Source: Longimicrobiales bacterium (GTDB taxonomy: Bacteria > Gemmatimonadota > Gemmatimonadetes > Longimicrobiales > Gaopeijiaceae). From it: DNA of 64,000 nucleotides. The DNA lies in assembly GCA_965249725.1 (NCBI GenBank), contig CBDFMQ010000002.1:1504001-1568000 (forward strand), in the 5' to 3' direction. Position 1 is the first letter of the stretch. Every line of letters begins with the position of its first letter. The notes below the pieces were generated by a model. It saw only the letters and a list, made by a program, of their open reading frames with translations, was not told where the DNA came from and searched no databases. Shown in pieces: positions 57,517 through 64,000 of this stretch. Both the position numbers and the translations under genes were made by a program.

Positions 57517-58332
57517 TCAGATCCGCGCGATTACGGCCCGGATGAGCGTGGTCAGTTTGGGCTCCGCCTCCATCGCCGTGGCGATGATGCTCTGGACGTC
57601 CGCCTCTTCGAGGGCGTCCGGGAGACACTGGTCCGTAATAATGCAGAGGCCCAAGACCTTCATATCCATGTGCCTGGCGACGATCACCTCGGGCACGGTG
57701 GACATTCCCACCACGTCGGCCCCCATCCCCCGGAGCATTCGGTACTCGGCCCGGGTCTCCAGGTTGGGTCCGACCACCGCCGCGTACACGCCCCTCCGAA
57801 GAGGGATGGACAACTCCAGAGCCGCTTCCATCGTGACGTCTTGCAGCGCCCGGTCATACGGTTCCGACATATCCGGGAATCGCGGTCCGAGTTCGTCGAT
57901 GTTGTGGCCGACCAGCGGATTGTCACCTAAGAGATTGATGTGGTCATCCAGAACGACCAGTTCACCGGGAGCCCAAAGCGGATGCATACCCCCGACCGCT
58001 CCCGATACGACGAGGGTCTCCGCCCCCAGAGTTCGCATCACCCGTATGGGCAGGGTGACGTCGCGGACGTCATGTCCCTCGTAAAGGTGAAAGCGCCCCT
58101 GCATCGCGATGACCGATCGCCCCTCCAAGGTGCCGAACAACAGCCGGCCGGAGTGGCTCTCGACGGTGGGCACCGGGAAGTTCGGAACATCCTCGTAGGA
58201 GATCGCGTGCTCGATCTCGATCTCGTCGGCCAGTCCGCCGAGGCCGGTTCCCAGGACGATCCCGATGCGAGGTTCGGCCGACACCTGTTCTCGAATCGCC
58301 TGGGTGCTCTCCTGGATGCGATCCCACTCCAT
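57517..58332 (-). CDS. punA: Purine-nucleoside phosphorylase
   Basis: LGTGLG, QGRFHLYEG, GPNLET, VGMSTVPE. Confidence 0.9.
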   Translation of the reverse strand: MEWDRIQESTQAIREQVSAEPRIGIVLGTGLGGLADEIEIEHAISYEDVPNFPVPTVESHSGRLLFGTLEGRSVIAMQGRFHLYEGHDVRDVTLPIRVMRTLGAETLVVSGAVGGMHPLWAPGELVVLDDHINLLGDNPLVGHNIDELGPRFPDMSEPYDRALQDVTMEAALELSIPLRRGVYAAVVGPNLETRAEYRMLRGMGADVVGMSTVPEVIVARHMDMKVLGLCIITDQCLPDALEEADVQSIIATAMEAEPKLTTLIRAVIARI

Positions 58333-58334
58333 CC

Positions 58335-59150
58335 TCAATCGGACTCCTGCTGATCTCGCTTCAGGATGGTGGAAAGCCACAGCGCGTTGTCGGGGCTCAT
58401 GCCCTCCGGTATATCCTCGTCGGCGCTATCGGGCTCCTCGGCGCCAATGCCATCCTCTACACTGGCCTCCGGCTCAGGCAGGTCAACGGACTCCGGGTCG
58501 GGTGGATCGTCGACCTCGTCGGAAGCTGAGGCCTCTTCAGGCTCGGAAGCAGAGACCTCATCCGCCGTAACGGCCTCCATGCTCCCACTGTCATTGCCGT
58601 CATTGCCGGCGTCCTCGGCCTCTTCATCGGCGTCGTCCGTCGTCCAGCTGCCACGCCCCAGCTCCAGATCGAGCGTGACGTCTTCGAGGGGCATCCGGTT
58701 CGCCTCAACCTCGACCGCATCCAGTTCCCTCTCGAGGAGGGTTCGGAACGCCTTGAGGAACCGGGTCCGGTGCCGCTCGAGCTCCTCGAGTGCCGACTTG
58801 CGGTCGGCGAGGAGCTTTTCGGCTTCCTGTAGCATCTTCTCGATGCGTCCGCGAGCCTCCCTTTCCAGGAGTTGTGCCTCGCGATTGGCCTGCTCCTTCA
58901 CTTGCTGCCGTAGCTCCTGGGCAGTGACCAGGGCCTCCTGCACGGCCTGCTCGCGACCCTCCTGCCCTTTGACCTGGTCGCCGAGTCTGTCGGAGCGTTC
59001 CTTCAACTGGAGGTTCTCCTTCACGAGCACCTCCATCCGCTCCGCCACGAGCTCGAGGAAGACGTCCACCTCCTGGGCTTCGTATCCACGGAGAGCCTTG
59101 GCGAAATCGCCTCGCTTCTTTCGTACGTCCAGTGGTGTGAGGTCGATCAT
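58335..59150 (-). CDS. divIVA: DivIVA domain protein with acidic tail
   Basis: LTPLDVRK...RGYEAQEVDVFL; coiled coil. Confidence 0.85.
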   Translation of the reverse strand: MIDLTPLDVRKKRGDFAKALRGYEAQEVDVFLELVAERMEVLVKENLQLKERSDRLGDQVKGQEGREQAVQEALVTAQELRQQVKEQANREAQLLEREARGRIEKMLQEAEKLLADRKSALEELERHRTRFLKAFRTLLERELDAVEVEANRMPLEDVTLDLELGRGSWTTDDADEEAEDAGNDGNDSGSMEAVTADEVSASEPEEASASDEVDDPPDPESVDLPEPEASVEDGIGAEEPDSADEDIPEGMSPDNALWLSTILKRDQQESD

Positions 59151-59854
59151 GCCGTGCGTCCTCCGAAAAGAGCGGTACCTAGGCGTATCATCGTGCTGCC
59201 TTCCTCAATTGCAATCTCGTAATCATTCGTCATCCCCATCGAGAGCTCCTGCCCGACATATCCATCCAAGCCCTTGAGTCGGTCGTTCAACTCCCGCAGG
59301 CCCCGAAACGTACCCCGTAACACGGCCTCATCATCGGTAAAGGGAGCCATCGTCATGAGGCCCCTGACCTCTAATCCCGACATCGCGAGGATGTCTCTAA
59401 GATCGTCTCCGATCCCCCCGCCAGGGAGACCACCCTTGGTCTCCTCACCTGAGGTGTTCACCTGAATCAGCACGGGCTGTTTGCGCCCGAGTTCCTCGGC
59501 CGCGTGCGAGAGGCGCCGCGCCAAGCGGAGCGAGTCGACCGAGTGCACCAGCCCGGCCACTCCCACCACGCGCGGGGCCTTGCGGCTCTGAAGATGACCG
59601 ATCATATGCCACCGCACCCGCTCATCGGAGACCTCGACCGCCTTCTCTGCAAGATCCTCGACGCGATTCTCGCCCAGATCGAAGAGGCCGTGCATGAGTG
59701 CGGCTCGAACGGCCTCCAACGAATGCGCCTTGGTCACCGCAACCAGCGTGACCGCGTCCGGATCCCGCGCGCATCCTTCGGTCGCGCGGGCGATCCTCTC
59801 CCGGACCTCTCCGAGGGAACGTTCGAGCCGTGCCTCATACACAGGCGTGATCAT
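59147..59854 (-). CDS. yggS: PLP homeostasis protein
   Basis: VAVTK, GENR, WHMIGHLQS, LSMGMTND, RLGTALFG. Confidence 0.92.
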   Translation of the reverse strand: MITPVYEARLERSLGEVRERIARATEGCARDPDAVTLVAVTKAHSLEAVRAALMHGLFDLGENRVEDLAEKAVEVSDERVRWHMIGHLQSRKAPRVVGVAGLVHSVDSLRLARRLSHAAEELGRKQPVLIQVNTSGEETKGGLPGGGIGDDLRDILAMSGLEVRGLMTMAPFTDDEAVLRGTFRGLRELNDRLKGLDGYVGQELSMGMTNDYEIAIEEGSTMIRLGTALFGGRTA

Positions 59855-59886
59855 TCTATCGTGTCAATTCGGGACATGGTATGGGT

Positions 59887-59921
59887 AAAAAAAGGACCCC
59901 GCCGGCCACGCCGGCGGGGTC
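59887..59921 (-). terminator. Rho-independent terminator after tonB
   Basis: gaccccgccggc-cac-gccggcggggtc stem followed by T7 on the minus strand. Confidence 0.8.
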
Positions 59922-59949
59922 GCCATTTCGGAACCCTCGAACCGGTCTG

Positions 59950-60636
59950 TTAGCGGACCTCGAAGGTAATCGGGATCTGCACCCAGACCTTGACCACCTT
60001 GTCACGGTTCAGGGCCGGGGTGAACTCGTAGACAGCCGCTACCTCGAGCGCCGCCTCGTCGAGCTGCTCGTGACCCGACGTCCGGGAAATCCTCTTGTCG
60101 AGGACTCGACCCTGTTCAGAGATGAAGAACCAGACCAGGGCCTGTCCGCCGATTCCGGCATCCCGAAGGATCGGTGGGTAGGCCCTCATCATGGCCTGAA
60201 TCACCTCACCTCGGTTCTTGATTTCCGGTCGCACGGTCATCGGTGTAAAGACCGGTGCCGCGGAGATATCCGTGGTCGCCTCGGTCGGCGGCGGCGGCAG
60301 ATCTTCGACCGGGTTCTCCTCGAACGTCGTCGGGGCGATCGTGATGTCTTCGTCCACGGCTGCGGTCGCGATCACCGGCGTCGCGGGACGAGCGATCTGC
60401 TCGGGCGGCGGCGGAATCTCGATCTCGGGCGGGAGCTCGATAGTCTCGAGCTCTTCACTCGTGAACGAAACGTCCTCGGCCGTGAGCGTGGGCCAGAACT
60501 GGAAGATCATGAAGTGGACCACCGTCGCGGCGATCATCGACCCCCAAAACCATGAACTGAACGACTGCTTGAACCGGTCGTTCTCGGTCTCGAGACCGCT
60601 TACACTTCCCTCGGACGGCACAGCTTGAGCGTTCAT
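59950..60636 (-). CDS. tonB: Energy transducer TonB
   Basis: TM helix with His, Pro-rich linker, YP...GIGG...LDEAAL...FTPA. Confidence 0.88.
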   Translation of the reverse strand: MNAQAVPSEGSVSGLETENDRFKQSFSSWFWGSMIAATVVHFMIFQFWPTLTAEDVSFTSEELETIELPPEIEIPPPPEQIARPATPVIATAAVDEDITIAPTTFEENPVEDLPPPPTEATTDISAAPVFTPMTVRPEIKNRGEVIQAMMRAYPPILRDAGIGGQALVWFFISEQGRVLDKRISRTSGHEQLDEAALEVAAVYEFTPALNRDKVVKVWVQIPITFEVR

Positions 60637-61079
60637 CGTCTTTCTCTCGTCATACGTTGCTCGAGTTCCGTGGCGAACACCACACGTACCACTCCCGCGG
60701 CCACCAGTTGCTTCTGGATAAGGTCGATCGTGTTGTAGGTGACTTCACGGTCTCCACGGATAGAGATCACCAGGGCGCGGTCCGATGCAGCGTATAGCGG
60801 GCCGACGGTCCCAGCGATGTCACCCATGGCGAACGGTCGGTCGTTGATGAAAACGCCACCGTCCCGCTCCACCCAGATGTTCAGAATGTTCTTCACCTTC
60901 TCGTCGATCTTCTCGGTGGCTTCGGCTTCCGCCCAGACGATGGGCCGGTTCTTGTCATTCTGGAAGACCGTCGTGACCATGAAGAAGATGAGAAGTAAGA
61001 ACGCGATGTCGGCCAGTGACGAGGAGGGAACCTCCGACGACACCTTCGACTTGCGCGAGAATCCGCCTTTCATCGCCAT
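60633..61079 (-). CDS. exbD: Biopolymer transporter ExbD
   Basis: SLADIAFLLLIFFMVTT. Confidence 0.88.
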   Translation of the reverse strand: MAMKGGFSRKSKVSSEVPSSSLADIAFLLLIFFMVTTVFQNDKNRPIVWAEAEATEKIDEKVKNILNIWVERDGGVFINDRPFAMGDIAGTVGPLYAASDRALVISIRGDREVTYNTIDLIQKQLVAAGVVRVVFATELEQRMTRERR

Positions 61080-61084
61080 TGTCG

Positions 61085-61510
61085 CTAGCCCTCCAGTAGC
61101 TGAAGAGAGATACGTTCGGCACCGGCTGTATGGAGAGCGTCCAAGACGTCGATCATGAACTTGTACGGTGCGTCGGGGTGCGTCTTCACGGCTGCGATGA
61201 GGTTGTCGTTGTCCGCGACATCCTGTCGCCAGATGCCCTCCAACTGATTGGGGCTGACCTGCTGCACCTGCGGGCTCTCACCACGCTTCAGGTCGACGAT
61301 GCCATTCGCCTGGATGATGATGTGCAGGATGTTCTTCTGGTTGATCGCGACCGTTTCCGACTCCTCCGGAAGGACGATGGCCAGGCCTTTGTCCTTCGGG
61401 AAGGTGGTGGTCACGAGAAAGAAGATCAGAAGCAGAAACGCGATGTCTGCCATCGACGAGGTCGGGACCTCGTCACTGACCTTCGATTTCTTGTTGTTGA
61501 GAACGGCCAT
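61085..61510 (-). CDS. exbD: Biopolymer transporter ExbD
   Basis: SMADIAFLLLIFFLVTT. Confidence 0.88.
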   Translation of the reverse strand: MAVLNNKKSKVSDEVPTSSMADIAFLLLIFFLVTTTFPKDKGLAIVLPEESETVAINQKNILHIIIQANGIVDLKRGESPQVQQVSPNQLEGIWRQDVADNDNLIAAVKTHPDAPYKFMIDVLDALHTAGAERISLQLLEG

Positions 61511-61578
61511 CTGAAGCCCCCGTGTATGTGCCAGCTACCGGCAATCCGCCGGAAAGGTTCCTCTAGTTCTTATGCGGA

Positions 61579-62307
61579 TCAGGCTTCGCCGGATCCCGGC
61601 GCCTCACTTGCGGGTGGTGCCGAATACGCCGGAGGATCGCCGGGCGCGGCTCCCGCCGAAGCAGCCGTCATGCCACCGAGATCGTAGGCGAGATCGAGAA
61701 CCTTCTGCGCACCCTGCTCCATATCGATGATCAACGTATCGATGCGGGAGACGAAGAAGTTGTATGCGATGTTCACCGGAATCGCGATCAACAGGCCTGT
61801 CGCTGTGGTAAGCAGGGCCACCTTGATGCCCCCCGCTACCAGCGTCGGGTCCACGTCACCGGCGGCTTCGATCGCCGCGAAGGCGAGGATCATGCCGACC
61901 ACGGTGCCCAAGAAGCCCATGAGCGGAGCGACGTTGGCCACGGTCGCCAGAATCACCAGGCCGCGCTCCAAGAAGCCCAACTCGATGGTCCCGGTGGTCT
62001 TGATGGCCTGAGTCATTTCCTCCATCTCGACTTCATCGGCCTTGATCTTGCGCAGTCCCGCCACGAGGATGGCGGCGGCCGGTCCCGGCCTTGCCGAAGC
62101 AAGTGCCAAGGCCTCGTCGAGGCGGCCCGCGTGGGCGGCCTCGTCGACCTCGGCGAGGACGGCTTGGGTGCTGCTATGGGCGACCCAGAGGGTCCACGCC
62201 TTCGCGATCATCACGCCGAGCGCGATGAGCGAACAGAGCACCAACGGATACATCATCAAGCCACCATCGGCGAACAGCGACAGAATATCGTATTGACTCG
62301 CGTCCAA
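61579..62307 (-). CDS. exbB: MotA/TolQ/ExbB proton channel
   Basis: APLMGFLGTVVGMI...GIKVALLTTATGL; AAGGAG RBS before TTG. Confidence 0.88.
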   Translation of the reverse strand: MDASQYDILSLFADGGLMMYPLVLCSLIALGVMIAKAWTLWVAHSSTQAVLAEVDEAAHAGRLDEALALASARPGPAAAILVAGLRKIKADEVEMEEMTQAIKTTGTIELGFLERGLVILATVANVAPLMGFLGTVVGMILAFAAIEAAGDVDPTLVAGGIKVALLTTATGLLIAIPVNIAYNFFVSRIDTLIIDMEQGAQKVLDLAYDLGGMTAASAGAAPGDPPAYSAPPASEAPGSGEA

Positions 62308-62460
62308 GCGACGCTCCTTTGTGCAACGGTCCTGTTACCGTCTACCTGCAGACGGTCCCATCCGAGTAAGACGGGCCAATCTAGTGCCCGGTCCCGGAAA
62401 TTCCTAGACCACCTGTCAGGTCATACGAGAACACAGTATTTGGGCTTTCATGCGGGCCCG

Positions 62461-62725
62461 CAAGCGCACCTACAAACGCACCTACAAGCGCACCTACAAG
62501 CGCACCTTACAAGCGCACCTACAAGCGCACCTACAAGCGCACCTACAAGCGCACCTACAAGCGCACCTACAAGCGCACCTACAAGCGCACCTACAAGCGC
62601 ACCTACAAGCGCACCTACAAGCGCACCTACAAGCGCACCTACAAGCGCACCTACAAGCGCACCTACAAGCGCACCTACAAGCGCACCTACAAGCGCACCT
62701 ACAAACGTACCTACAAGCGCACCTA
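62461..62725. repeat. 12-bp tandem repeat (CAAGCGCACCTA) x22
   Basis: Direct count; three variant units. Confidence 0.97.
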
Positions 62726-63520
62726 CGCGAGACTGGGTGCGAGGGCTGCTTGCCGCTCCGGCAAAGTCCCCCCGAGGATCTCCCTCAGGCGGGCCGAATC
62801 CACGTCTCTCTCCAGTCGCCCCCGCTGAGCAACCGAGACCCGAGCGGTCTCTTCGCTCACCACGACGACCAGGGCATCGGTCTCTTCGCTCAGGCCGATG
62901 GCCGCACGGTGGCGCGTACCCAAGGTCTTGTCGGCCACCGCATACTGCGTCAGCGGAAGGATGGCACCCGCCGCGCGTATCTCGTCTCCCACCACGATCA
63001 CGGCCCCATCGTGCAGGGGGCTTCCTGGAGTGAAGATCGTCTGGAGCATCTCAGAGGAGACCGTCACCCTCTCCCGGCTGCCGGTCTGCGCGTATTCGTC
63101 GAGGCCGACCTCCTGCTCGATGGCAATGATCGCCCCCAACTTCTTGCGAGATAGTTCTTCGACGGCCTGGACGATCTCGTCGATCAGCACGCCCCCCTGC
63201 ATGGGACTGACCATGCGGATCAATCGACTCCGACCGAGACGGCTCAGCGCGGTTCTCAGCTCGGGCTGAAAGACGACCAGCGCCGCGATGACCCCGTACC
63301 GGAAGACCGACTCGAGGATGTACTCGATCAGGGTCAACCGGAGCACCTGCGAGACCAGGTAGGTCGCAGCCAAGACGAGCAGCCCTGACAGAATCTGCAT
63401 CGCCCGGGTCCGCTGGATGATCAGCAGCACCCGGTAGAACAAGAACGCGACGATGAGGATCTCGACCAGGTCGAGCCACCCCGGAAGGAAGAACTGCAGC
63501 TGATTCCAGAGTCGGGACAC
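62723..63520 (-). CDS. cdaA: Diadenylate cyclase CdaA
   Basis: Three transmembrane helices, FQPELR, PLHDGA, GTRHRAA, VVSEET. Confidence 0.92.
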   Translation of the reverse strand: MSRLWNQLQFFLPGWLDLVEILIVAFLFYRVLLIIQRTRAMQILSGLLVLAATYLVSQVLRLTLIEYILESVFRYGVIAALVVFQPELRTALSRLGRSRLIRMVSPMQGGVLIDEIVQAVEELSRKKLGAIIAIEQEVGLDEYAQTGSRERVTVSSEMLQTIFTPGSPLHDGAVIVVGDEIRAAGAILPLTQYAVADKTLGTRHRAAIGLSEETDALVVVVSEETARVSVAQRGRLERDVDSARLREILGGTLPERQAALAPSLA

Positions 63521-63529
63521 GTCTACTCG

Positions 63530-64000
63530 CTAGCTAGTGGTGTCCGCCTCCGGATCCTCGGCACCGAGTCGCACCACCGGCGTGCGAACAGTGTCGGGGC
63601 TCGACTCCTCGGCGCCGGACTCGTCATGGTCCGAACCTCCGGGAGGAGGGCCCTCGAGGACCGGATCGTCTTGGACGGCGTCATCATCGTCCGCGCCTTC
63701 CTCAGCTGGCGCATTATCGGCGGCCGAGTCGAGGGAGGATGCCTCACCTTCCGCATCGTCCTCTGGATCCGCGAGCGGCGGGAGTTCCTCGCCGGCGTCC
63801 AAGAAACCGATCTCGGCCGCATCCAGAGTCTCTCGGTCGAGAAGAGCCTGCGCCAATCTCTCCAGGAGGTCCCGATGCACGGCCACCAGCTTCCGGGCGT
63901 GCTCATGGGCTTCGTCCAGAACACGCTTGATCTCTTGGTCGACCTGCTGGGACGTATGCTCGGACACCTCCCGACGCTGGACCAGCTCACGCCCTAGGAA
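63530..64000 (-). CDS. ftsH: ATP-dependent zinc metalloprotease FtsH, 3' end
   Basis: LGRE...SEHTSQQVDQEIKRVL...LAQALLDRETLD. Confidence 0.8.
   Translation of the reverse strand, partial: FLGRELVQRREVSEHTSQQVDQEIKRVLDEAHEHARKLVAVHRDLLERLAQALLDRETLDAAEIGFLDAGEELPPLADPEDDAEGEASSLDSAADNAPAEEGADDDDAVQDDPVLEGPPPGGSDHDESGAEESSPDTVRTPVVRLGAEDPEADTTS

Noticed and set aside
62461..62725. CRISPR array, or the 300-aa and 234-aa ORFs with SAPT/LQAH repeats
   Set aside because: No spacers and the unit is only 12 bp; the ORFs are read-through of the repeat antisense to cdaA.

Overview
GC-rich bacterial chromosome segment; the gene families and gene order suggest Gemmatimonadota, but that is an inference. 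It has three parts. (1) 1-18.1 kb is housekeeping and signalling: a thioesterase, a hybrid kinase, an ECF sigma/anti-sigma operon with three DUF4097 genes, glpQ-like and glpD genes, mobB-mobA-fdhD and a cyclase. (2) 18434-40996 is a ~22.5 kb genomic island integrated in tRNA-Val(TAC), bounded by a 44-bp att duplication that starts at the anticodon loop. Its right part is a compact satellite-like module: tyrosine integrase, XRE-like repressor, HTH protein, replication initiator, DnaB-like helicase, TerS and a full-length TerL, with no portal, capsid, tail or lysis gene. Its left part carries an integron cassette array (four intact 100-bp attC sites, five cassettes including a Doc-type toxin-antitoxin pair, a probable attI cut off by a truncated IS256, no intI) and tandem Ser/Thr kinase-propeller genes. 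(3) 41-64 kb has a frameshifted DUF11/LRR surface protein flanked by two integrase-tail relics, then core genes: an NtrC-type regulator, DUF4388-TPR, a double-AAA+ DnaA-like protein, rluD, a type-2 IleRS with a GLHH motif, punA, divIVA, yggS, tonB-exbD-exbD-exbB, a 22-copy 12-bp tandem repeat, cdaA and the 3' end of ftsH. The best candidate for an undescribed system is the capsid-less TerS+TerL element that carries an integron cassette array.
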